Of a DNA stretch of 64,000 bases, positions 48,430-62,335 are shown in pieces. The first letter of the stretch is position 1. The number at the start of each line of letters is the position of its first letter. Under the pieces are notes generated by a model, which was not told the DNA's origin, did not search any database, and was given only the letters and a program-made list of their open reading frames with translations. The stretch is from Chrysomallon squamiferum (lineage: Eukaryota; Animalia; Mollusca): positions 6,324,001 to 6,388,000 of the forward strand of contig CM022668.1 of NCBI GenBank assembly GCA_012295275.1, read 5' to 3'. Position numbers and translations under genes: made by a program.

Positions 48430-48705
48430 AGGTGTTAAGCAAATCCACAACACTAAGCAAGTTCGTAATATCGAGCAAATCGAAAACGTTAAGCAAGTTC
48501 GTAATATCGAACAAATCGAAAACGTTAAGCAAGTCCATAATATCGAGTAAATCGACAACGTTAACCAAGTCCTCAGCGTCAAGCGTCTCTTCAACGTTAA
48601 GCAAATGCTCAACACTAAGCAAGTTAATAACATCCAGCAAATCGACAACGTTAAGCAAGTCCTTAGCGTCAAGAATGTCTTCAACGTTAAGCAAGTTGAA
48701 AACTT
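48430..48705. repeat. Diverged 18-bp minisatellite (~15 units); shorter homolog at 43455-43580
   Basis: Unit like aacgttaagcaagtcctc; gives hexapeptide-periodic ORFs in several frames. Confidence 0.85.
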
Positions 48706-49157
48706 GATCAAAGACAACAAGAAATATTAGCAGTAGTACGTGAAATACACGCTTCACTTGAAATGTTTCGCATCAAAGATCTTCAGTCGTATTTCATGTT
48801 TTATAATTAATAAAAGAAATGCAGGATTATTTAGCGGTTTAAAATTTAATTAAAATGTAGTTTGAATACTGTGTTGTCGTTGTTGTTTTTGTGAATGGTG
48901 TCTTCATCTTTCTTGACGTGTTCGTTATCACATTTGTTTCGAGAGAGTAAACTCCAGAGACGTTAACAGAAAATCGTTTCAAAATCTGACGTCTTAAAAG
49001 AATACATTAAGAATGAAGTGAAGTATCAAGTGTTAAATGCCTTCGAAAAGAATGATGCGAAATTTATCAACCATGTCAACAGTACATGAATAAATGAATG
49101 AACGGACGAATGAATGAATGATCTGAAAAGGAATGTCATAGTGAAAGAAGATGAGGT

Positions 49158-49246
<89 letters not shown>

Positions 49247-49549
49247 AATTTCATCTTTATAACAACAACAATACGTTTTCAACACGAATACGTTTTCATT
49301 TTTGATGTTTTATTTTTGTTGTTACTATCATCACCATTATTATCATCATCATCATTATTATTATTATAAAAGTTCAAAAAGCTAATTAGGTGTTATATCG
49401 GGATTATCTTTTAGAAAGAGTAAAACGCTAATCTTGAAATCTAATACTGTCATATGTATGCACGTTTAAAACTAAAAAATACAATCAAGCAAACTAATAT
49501 TCAGTATATTTGTTCGATCGCCTCAGAAGACAGCAATTTATCGACAATT

Positions 49550-52500
49550 TTAAAGATCTACAGAACGTTCCGTGTTATTTTTTAGATGATTCTTCTTCAA
49601 ATTCATCTTTCCACATTTTTTCCAGAACTCCTCTGTTACATCACTAACACTCCCAGCATTCCAATCTTCCAGTTTGTGACTCCTCCACAGAAATATCACC
49701 CACAGCAAATTAAAGACATCCTGTGATATTAGGTACGAGGTGTTCCTCTCCAACATCCTCAACAAGAAAATACCGTCCTTCTGTAAATAACTTCGGCAGA
49801 ATTTGCGAAACAGAACCCTGTCGTCTGCTAGCATATTTGTCATACTGTCTCGGTATTTCTCGAGAAATTTCTCTCGTTTAGAAACGATGATTAACTCGGT
49901 TGTCCATGAGATGAGGCTAAGGACAGTTGCTACTGCCAGCAAAGCAAAGATGAACCAAAGGAGTATGTACATCTTCTCCAGAAAGAGGTTGATGGACAAG
50001 ACACACTGCACTGTCCAGTTCTGGATGTTCTGAAGTTGTCGGATCTCGAAGTCACAGAGCGAAATTCTCGGGAAGTGACGGGAATCGATCCAGAATTCGT
50101 TTCGTAAGAGGTATGTAACGACCTCGATCCCGTAGGTGTAGTAGTCGATTTCCAAGAAAGCTGAGAGCAGAGGAAACTGAACGATGACGTTGACGAGGTA
50201 GAGAATCTTTGTCAAAAGAAACAACAGGACGAGATAGGACCCAGACTTGGTAGTGAGAGACAGGAATTTCTTAGAAAACATGTCTCTGAATCTGTCTATG
50301 TAGACAGCTGTTTGACTCAGAATCTCTTGTCTTTCCTTTACATCAGTGTGTTCCAAATCAGCGTCCATTGTCTTCTCAATGATGAGTTTGATATTCACCC
50401 CGCATTTAGCATTTAGCGATTTCCAGAAAAGATGCGGCAGAAAAAACAGCAATGCCTGAACCATGAACATAATAGCCACCCAGGGATAGAAAATTATTCT
50501 CGCTTTCTGTCGATTTGTTTGCTCAACGGGGATTGGTTCATTCATGGTCACGTGATACATTGACGATATCCAGCAGAAAGAATTGACGTAAGCAGTGAAC
50601 TGGCCTGGTTCTGTCGCGTATTCAGCTGGAACCCAGCAGTGAATAGGATCGCCTACTAGCTGTGACGTGCCCACCGACACCGCCATCACCAGCAATAATA
50701 CAGCTACGACGACATAATGAAGACGGTCGACTTTGTCGTCGTCACGGACAGATCGCAGTAGTTTGAACTTTGGCAGCGCGCCAAATATTTGGTGTAACCT
50801 AAAATAACAAAGAAAAATGCATATATAGTTAGAAACATACATACATACACTCATGCACACATACTCACTTTTACACATATATAAAAACACAGTGTCATAC
50901 ATACATACGTACACATGCATATATATACACACGAACATACATACATACATACATTATATGTACAGACACATACATACATACCTACTGACATACACATACA
51001 TATAAAGATACATATATACATACATAAATACAACACACAGCCACACGTACACACATATACACATACATACAAACACGCACGCACAGACACGCACAGACAC
51101 ACAAACATACATATATAGAAACACGGTCATACTTCTGAGACTATATGAAAAATGTTTATATATATATATCCTTTCATAAATAAATACCGCACATACAGAC
51201 ACACAAACAGATAGTAGCTGCTTAGACAGACAGACAGACAGACAGTTGGACAAACGAGAACATCTCAATAGCGTTTTTAACAGCGCACAGTCTGTGAAAT
51301 TCTCACTTTAATTCAGATTATGTCTTACAGAGTAAGTAGTTCACGCTTTATTTTTATTTATGTCTAACACAGTAAGTAGTTCACTTTTTATTTTTATTTA
51401 TGTCTAACACAGTAAGTAGTTCACTCTTTATTTTTATTTATGTCTAACAGTAAGCAGTTCAGTCTTTATTTTTATTTATGTCTAACACAGTAAGCAGTTC
51501 ACTCTTTATTTTTATTTATGTCTAACACAGTAAGTAGTTCACTCTTTATTTTTATTTATGTCTAACACAGTAAGTAGTTCACTCTTTATTTTTATTTATG
51601 TCTAACACAGTAAGTAGTTCACTCTTTATTTTTATTTATGTCTAACACAGTAAGTAGTTCACTCTTTATTTGTATTTATGTCTAACACAGTAAATAGTTC
51701 ACTCTTTGTTTTTATTTATGTCTAACAGTAAGCAGTTCACTCTTTATTTTTATTTATGTCTAACAGTAAGCAGTTCACTCTTTATTTTTATTTATGTCTA
51801 ACACAGTAAGTAGTTCACTCTTTATTTTTATTTATGTCTAACAGTAAGCAGTTCACTCTGTACTTTTATTTATGTCTTTAGTAAGTAGTTCACTCTTTAT
51901 TTTTATTTATGTCTAACACAGTAAGTAGTTCACTCTTTATTTTTATTTATGTCTAACACAGTAAGTAGTTCACTCTTTGTTTTTATTTATGTCTAACACA
52001 GTAAGCAGTTCACTCTTTGTTTTTATTTATGTCTAACACAGTAAGCAGTTCACTCTTTATTTTTATTTATGTCTAACACAGTAAGTAGTTCACTCTTTAT
52101 TTTATTTATTTTATTTAGTAGTTCTCTTTGTTTTTATTTTTATGTCTAACAGTAAGCAGTTCACTCTTTATTTTTATTTATGTCTAACAGTAAGCAGTTC
52201 ACTCTGTACTTTTATTTATGTCTAACACAGTAAGTAGTTCACTCTTTATTTTTATTTATGTCTAACAGTAAGCAGTTCACTCTTTATTTTTATTTATGTC
52301 TAGCACAGTAAGTAGTTCACTCTTTATTTATATTTATGTCTAACACAGTAAGCAGTTCACTCTTTGTTTTCATTTATGTCTAACACAGTAAGTGTTTTTA
52401 TTCATCATCATTTGCTTCTACTACCACCATTACTACTACTATTATTACTACTACTACTACCACAAATCTATAATTATTATCATTATCATCATCATAGTCA

Positions 52501-52561
52501 TCGTCATAATTATAATATTATAATTATTATTATAACTACTACTGATACTACTACTACTACC

Positions 52562-52629
<68 letters not shown>

Positions 52630-53353
52630 ACATTCAAAAAACAATATACACGTACATATAATCCTATATATATACAGAGAGAGAGACACACACACCCTCA
52701 CACAAACACAGATAATATATAAGATTAACGAAAACAAAGCCATAGTTAGATTTGTGTTTCAAGTTTCCTGTTAGAACGCTTTGAGATAAAATTATATGAC
52801 AATCATATCTCTGATAAAAAAACAAAAACTCAGTTGACATTTTACCCAGCTACGAACAGTTATCTCAGCTAAAATTCCCGAAAAGATATTGTGAAATCTT
52901 ACCTCACAAAATTAAATGTTTTACTTTTTAAATTATTATTTATGTATTTATTTCATTGTCATTATCCTTTATGTTAACACACACACACACACACACACAC
53001 AACACACACACACATTCACACACATACACATATGCACACACACACACACACACACATACTCACACACACATATATATTTATTATTTATTGCAGTTTCTTG
53101 TCGTTTATTTGGGATTCGGTCAAAAGGTTAACATAATAAAATAATGTTTTAAACGTCCCAGTTTTAAACATTATACTTTAAAAAGTCATTAAAAATACTT
53201 TTATTTATTTATTTATTTATTTATTTAATATTTTTTATTATTATTATTAATTGTTGATAGAAGAATGTTATTTAGTAGACGTGGTTAGTTTTCCAATATC
53301 AGATATATAAGTAAGAAAGTAAGGAAATAAATAAAATAAATAAATAAATAAAA

Positions 53354-53384
<31 letters not shown>

Positions 53385-53466
53385 ATATAACTTTTAACAA
53401 AAAAGAGGATACAATAAACATATCATAATATGAACAAATAAACTCAACTACATATTTTACTTACAT
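49550..53466 (-). CDS. Innexin, copy 2 (~416 aa), ~94% identical to copy 1
   Basis: Main exon 50798-49550; AT|GTAAGT at 53466-53465; same innexin motifs as copy 1. Confidence 0.95.
51320..52393. repeat. 40-bp minisatellite (~27 units, some 38 bp) in the innexin-2 intron
   Basis: Same unit as 46215-46530. Confidence 0.95.
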
Positions 53467-53968
53467 TTTTGAATCCCTTTTCGTTTAACTTTTCTTCTCT
53501 TTTCTGTTTTCTCTCTCTCCCTTACGATTAATATTAGTATAATAAAACTGTACGGGGAACAAAGTAAAGATGACAAAAAAAAAAACAACTAAATAAACAG
53601 TTTTGAACTTAACAGATAATTTCCAAACAGCAGTGTGGTTTTCAACTGATTAAATTAATGGCCTCGTATTGAATACTAACAATGTAACTTCCGTCATAGA
53701 TAAAAATAACAACAGTTTTCCCAGGAATACAAAACTGCTAGGAAAGTATATCTATTTATCTATATATCTCTTTGTCTGTATATATCAGCCTAGCTATGTC
53801 TATGTCTACGTGTGTGTGTGTGTGTGTGTGTGTGTTTCTGTGTTTCTCGCTCCATATCTGTTTTTATGTATATGTTTTTGTGTACGTGTTTGTAAACGGG
53901 CATACATACATCCATTCACAAATATACGCTCACATATACTTACATAATACACATACAAACAAACACAC

Positions 53969-54080
53969 ATCGTAACGTGACCCGCCTTGAGAGTGCGGGC
54001 GGGCGAATGGGAGCCACGAGACTTTGCCCTCCTGCGCCAATGCGTCCCCCAATGTCAACATCGTCTAACCAGACCGAGTA
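53969..54080 (-). other. Candidate 112-nt GC-rich exon, possibly an alternative upstream exon of innexin ending in AT|gt
   Basis: Acceptor ttctctgtcttaag, donor ACGAT|gtgtgt; a GC-rich island between microsatellites. Confidence 0.4.
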
Positions 54081-54094
54081 CTTAAGACAGAGAA

Positions 54095-54900
<806 letters not shown>

Positions 54901-55639
54901 TTAGTTATAATCAATAAAAGAAATTATCATTTTATTACATGTGCGATTGAAACAGTGACGAAAACTCTTTTAGACCGTTAAAACGTGGTTTACTGTATTT
55001 GGGGAAAAATTCTGAACTGTAAAATACAGAGACCTGACTGTAGAAAATGTCGCTTGGCAACTGGCCAAACTTTGAAGTACGCCAGTAAAGATAATTCTGC
55101 AGCAGAAAAGACATTTAAGAATTCATGTTCCAATTTAAAGCACATGATAGCGTGAAAAAAAAAAAAAAAAAAAAAAAATTGCATCTTCTGTGAGCATGGT
55201 CTATTTTTAACTAATTAAAGAGATTTTCTTACTAAAGATTATAGCTTGCCAAAATGTAAAGATTTATTTGTATGTTTATTTGTATCCGGTCTGTATCAGT
55301 CGTTTGGGAAATGAAGAAAAGTCGTTAAAAAAATGAAAAATAATAATAATAATGAAATAAAAAATGTTATATATTTTGAAAGTTTGTTATATATTTTTAA
55401 GTTAAAAAGAATTAATGACGTCATTAAGCGCTGTTTACTTCCAAATTATATATAATGATGGAAGGGTTTATTGTTGTGTTGTTGTTTTCTTGTTGTTTTG
55501 TTGTTGTTGTTTTTGTTTGTTATTTTTGTTGTTGTTGTTTTTTTATCATTGTTATTGTTCTTGTTTTTGGAGGGGAATCGTTTTTATTTTAATGTTTTTT
55601 ATGTTTATAATCTTTTTTTATTTTTTATTTTTAATTTTT

Positions 55640-55681
<42 letters not shown>

Positions 55682-55924
55682 CATTGTTATTGTTCATGAT
55701 TTTTTGGGGGGAATCGTTTTATTTTTATGTTTTTTATGTTTATTTGTAATCTTTTTTGTTGTTGTCGTTGTTGTTGTTATTGTTTTTGTTGTTGTTTTTT
55801 TTGTTTGTATTGGGTTTTTTTTGTTTTGCTTTGTGTGTGTATGTTTATTAGTTGGGAAAGGAATATCTGCCTGTTATATTAATAAAATTCAGTAAATTGC
55901 AGCCATTTTGTTAAATGTTTTAAA

Positions 55925-55971
<47 letters not shown>

Positions 55972-56522
55972 TGAGAAAGAATTAGTGAAAAGGGAGATAA
56001 TTTATGTCCATCTGCCGGAACATCGTTTGACTGAACGTTAATTGATGCGAAACCTTGAGTCTATATATAATTTACTCCACAAACTGTAAATGACATTATC
56101 TGTGAAAAACGAGAACTCTACTTTTAGAACATGTTATGACAGTAACAAGATGATTGATTGGTCGAGTTAAGAATATTTTCTTAACCTTACGTCTAGTTAT
56201 TGCGTATTCGGCTTGGATTAGAACAGATAATGTATCAATTTTTATTTACCTTGTTTTTCTATCTTCTTCTTTTTTTCCCCTAGAAAGTTCTTATTTATTT
56301 ATTTATTTATTTATGTATTCATTCATTTCTTCGTTCATTCGTTCAGTTATTTACTTATTTGCTTATTTATTTATTTATGCTGACTGTACATTATTAATAT
56401 TATCATTGTTGTTGTTGTTGTTGTTTATTTCATTGATTGATTATTTATTCGTCTTATTCTTCTTTATAAAAATTTATGTCGTGTGACTAACATCATTTAT
56501 TATTTAATTAATAAATTTACCA

Positions 56523-56559
<37 letters not shown>

Positions 56560-57164
56560 TATATGAATAAATGTACGTTAATCTGAATATCTTAGAATCA
56601 GACTTTTTAAAATAATGTTATTGATACAGAAAACGCGATATTGCACGAAACACACTTTTCTATTAGCAGGAAGCGATCTTTAGCTGCCACCTTCCCACAG
56701 ATAGCGTCCTTGATAAAGCAGTCTGAAAAAAAGATAATTTAAGGAACGCTAAGAAGTGGGTTACCTCCCCCCCCCTCCCCGCTATTTTATCAGGCGACAC
56801 CTCTGACCCCTGAACCACAATTAAAACTACAGAATGACACAGCATAATGATCGAGTTTGGCTGCCGCACGGATATATAATTGTAACCGCACCGCTATTGG
56901 GACTGGTCCAAGACAGAATTTCTTTGCTGGTGGCTGGAAAACATTCTTTCGGTTTGTACCGGCGTTCGTATTACAACAAATGGTGAAACCTAGAGCGCTC
57001 CGGAGACGTTTATTTTTCATCTGATTAAGAAAACAAGCACAACCTGTACATGAACCGCAGTGTCGGGTCTGTTCTTTATGTGTGGTGTAAATAGTTATAC
57101 AATGCAGATGTCGAGAAAGAAGAATTTCGCAGGCGAAACAGAATGTAAGTCTTCTTTTGCATAT

Positions 57165-57422
57165 GTATGATATGTTAGGGATTGTGGCTGGTATAATGTG
57201 TGTTGGGGGCTATATGTTGCAGATTGTGACATGTTGTAGATTGTGGAGGTATGATATGTTAGGGATTGTGGGGAGTTCAATGTGTGATATGTTGTAGATT
57301 GTGGAGGTATGATATGTTAGGGATTGTAGGGAGTTCAACGTGTGATATGTTGGGGATTGTGGAGGTATGATATGTTAGGGATTGTAGGGAGTTCAACGTG
57401 TGATATGTTGGGGATTGTGGAG
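57165..57422. repeat. G/T-rich ~58-bp minisatellite (~4 units)
   Basis: gtatgatatgttagggattgt... starts at 57249, 57307 and 57365, with a looser copy at ~57165. Confidence 0.85.
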
Positions 57423-57586
57423 GGTATTTATGTGGGGAGACGTTCATCTGTTTGTCAGTTCGTGTGTATGTGTGTAAGAAATGTTGTGGGCGTGAGTTTT
57501 ATTTTCCACATATTTATATGTGTACATCTTTCATTCTCTTTTACTTTGTTTCAGTAATTAGTAGTATATCATGTATTTATATCTCT

Positions 57587-57700
<114 letters not shown>

Positions 57701-58421
57701 CTGTAGGATACTATATATACTGTCATGTATTTCTCTCTTTGTGATTATTCATAAACACAAAAGTACAAACAAAACCTAAACCAACATACAAAGAGACACA
57801 GAGACACACACCATAATTATTATTTCATTATTATTATTACCTACTTCATCACTTTTTAATAAACAATAATATTCTTTTTCATCCTCTTCGTCACCGATAT
57901 AATTATAAAAATAAATTAAACCAAAAAAAAAAAAAATTAAAATAATAATAAAAAATAATAATAATAATAATAATAATTAAAAAAAAAAAAAAAAAAAAAA
58001 AATGGGGGGAAAAGCCATGACACGAATATTTCCATTTCTTATTCTGAGAAAATCGTTCCGTCGAAATCGTAATGGGCTCATTTTCGCCACAAGTCGCCCG
58101 TATTAATTGCATATTATAAATATTTCTGTGTTTGTATACAGCTGTGGTGGTCGTTGTAACTTAATAAGCTGTTTAAAAATGATTAATCATTGCTGCTAAA
58201 TGTTCACAGCTATCAGACTGCAAGAGCGTTGTTTCGAATTTGCCTCGTTCGTACAAGTTTACATATCAAATTAAACTCGCTTTTAAAGGCACGTTATTGA
58301 ATGTGTGCATATGCGTATATGTATTTCTGTGTATGTATTTCTCAGTGTATTTATGTGTATAAAATAAATAAATAAATAAAAATATATATACACATACGTA
58401 CACACACACACGTGTATATAC

Positions 58422-58427
<6 letters not shown>

Positions 58428-58497
<70 letters not shown>
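58428..58497. repeat. (TA)n microsatellite
   Basis: Seen directly. Confidence 0.95.
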
Positions 58498-58502
<5 letters not shown>

Positions 58503-59497
58503 AACATACAATACAATCGCACTTACGTAAGCACAAATGTACGTACACGCTCAAGTACGTAATTATGCACTCACATTTCCTTTCCTGTTGTTTCTGGCAA
58601 AATAATCTTTGTTGTGGCTTAGCTTATTTATAATAAAACAGAAATTTGAAATGTGTGGATTTTTAAGAAAGAGTCAGCGAAATATTTGTTCATCTGGAGA
58701 AATTACGCAAAGCAGAAAAATTAGATGTATTTGCTTTGACTTTGCGAATGTTAGACTTAGCTATCTATAATAAATAAATAAATAAATAAATAAATAAAGG
58801 AGATAAAGATAATATTCTTGAAAATTATAACGCGAACAAAAAAAAAAAAAAAAAAAAAAAATGTATGTCCCTTTTTTAAATTCCCGATTCGCCCCTATCA
58901 CTGGAATTTCTCCGCCATTTTTTTTATAAACTACGTTATCTCGATGTATGCACGTTATTTCCCACTTGCTGTTTATCTGCACGTGTTCTATGTAATTCAT
59001 AACATGGTCTGACAGAAACATCGTTCGCACGTTCGCCCTCGAAATATACAAGTCGTTTTAAATACTGTTTATATGAAAAAATGTGACATGTTCTCGACGT
59101 CTTGAAAAAGAAAGAAAGAAGTATTTCCTAAAGGCGCGTTAATTCGGGAAAATATTTGTTAACGATTTTGACGTCAGTTATTTTGACGTTTTTTTTTATG
59201 ACCTTCTATGGTTGTTATTGTTTGTAGCAGCGGATATATTGTTGTTGTTCTATTTCACACTGTTGTTCTTTTTTGGTACTTGTTTTGTTTTTTTCGTTAT
59301 TGTTGTTATTTTTCAGTTACTGTCGTTTGTTCATTTGTTCCTTCGTTTATTTACGTTGTTATAATGTCATTTTATTTATTTCATTATTTATTAATTTCAT
59401 TATTTATTTATTTTATTTCTTTTTTATTTATTTTTATATTATATAGAAAGGATATTAAAACATTTAACTGTTTTATTTATTTATTTCGTTTTATTTA

Positions 59498-59539
<42 letters not shown>

Positions 59540-59997
59540 ATTCTTCAATTTTTTTTTATTATCTGTACGTCAGACGTACACTGTACACCAAAATTCTAAT
59601 AACGCAAACAAAAATACCAGCGTCAAAACGGGCTGATAAAAGTACCGTCATAAACTGTCTCTTAAAGTGCACAGTGTCTCATTTTAATGGACAACAATGG
59701 ATTCTGAAGTGAAGCGCACGCGCAGCCCTCTCGGCTTGTTAATTTCTGCCACGTGCTATTATTTGTCTTTGTGTTTCAGCGATAATTTTATAAATACAGC
59801 TTTAGCTTCACACAGCGTGATTCGTTGTTAACCTGCTTCACTGTTAATGAACCAGTTTTAAAGTGTCCCTCTCCTTGTTAGGAAAGAGTAGTGTAAAATT
59901 AATACTTACTGCATATACTTTCGAGTTATTTATTTATTTATTTATTTTAATTTGATTTATATTTATTTTATTTTTTTAATGTATTTTTTATTATCTA

Positions 59998-60055
<58 letters not shown>

Positions 60056-60816
60056 TTATTTTAATTAATTAATTTATTTTATTTTTGTTGTTTGTTTGGG
60101 GTGTTTTTCCCTTCCAACCTGAATTTATATATATATATGTATGATGTGTTTGTGCATATATATATGTATATACGTGAGTATATATGTTTATGAATATTTA
60201 TGTGTATGTATTTTTATATAATTGTATATATTGACGTGTATATGTGTGTGTTAATGTGTATGTGTGTGTGTGTGTGTCCGTATAGACGACACGTGTGCAC
60301 ACACAGTCACGCGCGCACGCACACACACTTTGTTATTTCAGTTACAACAGAACATTTAAAAAAAAAAAAAAAAACCAGAAACACCGTCACGGAATATTAT
60401 GAAACTGTTATGACGCTGGAGAAAATCGTTAAGTTAATTCGCACGGTATGAACGAACCTTTAACTCAAATCCACATCGCTTGTAACAAGCGAAAGCAAGG
60501 CGGGATAAAAATGATTCTTCAAATATCTCAAACAGGAATTCATTACTTTTATCCCTTTGCAAAACCATCCAAGATACGTCAAGTGGTTGTGTTCTTTTTT
60601 TTTTTTTTTTTTTTCCAAGTAAGACGTAAGTGCAAAACAAATAAAATGTTTCCATAGCAACCGATAGCTATGTTTATTTAAAATCTTCATCAAACCAATT
60701 TTATGTTGTGTAAACTAAAACGTATGTATTTAATTTTACATGTAGGTAATTAACGTCAGTGTGTTTTCATGGCTGTACAGATATAATGCTAATTTTTGTC
60801 GAGAATTATAGCATGC

Positions 60817-60817
<1 letters not shown>

Positions 60818-60892
<75 letters not shown>
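60818..60892. repeat. (CT)n microsatellite
   Basis: Seen directly. Confidence 0.95.
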
Positions 60893-60895
<3 letters not shown>

Positions 60896-60995
60896 GTAGT
60901 TTTAATATTTTCTACGTATTAACAGATTCAAGCTGACAACACAAGCTACGAAAATGTCGATGTTTGAAAATTGTTTATGTACGATTTGAAATATC

Positions 60996-61029
<34 letters not shown>

Positions 61030-61410
61030 CCCTGTCTCTCTGTTACATGACAAACTTAATATAACTGGCTAGAATACTTACACAAATTTATTACAATTTA
61101 TTTGTTGAAGACAGATGACGTACGCTGTAAGTCTTGTTGCTATGGGTTACATTTTGTTACTAGATGGTAAGTTTTATTTTTTTATTTTAACACATTTTTT
61201 TTTTTGTTTTAATTTTAATATTTTTAAAGTTGGTTTATTCTATGAACAATATTTTGACCGTATAAGTTTTACGTTGCACAACAATTAAGTAAGTAAGTAA
61301 GTAAGTAAATAAATAATGAAACAAATACAAAATTAAAAAGTATTTAAAAAAATAATAATCATTTTAAAAATTAAAATAATAAGAAATGAAGACGAAGAAA
61401 GAACGAAAGC

Positions 61411-61450
<40 letters not shown>

Positions 61451-62335
61451 AAAGAGAGAAAGAAAGAAAACTTCTTATTTCCATGTGTTTTGTGAAACTC
61501 TTTTAACCTTAGAAACTGTAAATAAGATTATAATAAAAATTTCGATTAAGATGTATTAGTACACGTAATGTCATTAAATTGAGCGTGTGGAAATATTAAC
61601 AACGGAAAAATGGAACAAATGGTGCACCTTTTCGAATTGTAGTTTAATATTTCAGTATTTGCTTAATGATTTTAATATGTCTTTATGTGGTAATTTTAAG
61701 GATAACTTTATAAACGTTTTGATATTGGAATTTCCGTTCTTAATCGAAGCGTTATAACTTTATGAGGTCGCTTTAACCTGAATGTGTTATAACGCCAGTA
61801 GAAAATAATAAATGTATGTTATGACACGCTATCACATATATTTGATATTCTACACCATTCAGATGTCTGTGTCAGTTCATGTCGCATTGTTTGTGTAAAC
61901 ATTCACAGGTATATAATACAGCTCTCTCTCTCTCTCTCTCTCTCTAAAATATTTGTGTGCGTTCATATATATATATATAAATGATTGTATATATGTATGT
62001 ATGCAGGTGTATAATGTTAATACGGTTGTCTGTGTATGTATATATTTACTATGTCTGTGTATGTACGTAGTTATGTATGCATGTTTGCACGTTTGTACGT
62101 GCTAATGTAAGTGTATAACAATGTATGTGTTGTAATTTATCAGCATTTGAATTTAAAGTGTATGTCGATGTATCTATACACATATAGTTATATTATTATT
62201 TAACTATTTTCTGATGATTAATGTACGAACTGTTTTGTTTCTGATATTTTTCAGATAACTAATATTTAACCACTCGCCTTGAACTGTGTTTGGTTTTTTT
62301 GTAATCAACATCGAAACTAGATATCTATAGCAACC

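Noticed and set aside
51320-52393. 40-bp array as CRISPR or micro-exon array (contains cagtaagt and ctaac on the plus strand)
   Set aside because: No spacers; the splice-like words are antisense to the host gene and do not define a plausible open exon.
56663-57020. Minus-strand ORFs MKNKRLRS... and MRQPNS...
   Set aside because: Short, no recognisable motif; expected by chance in a GC-richer patch.
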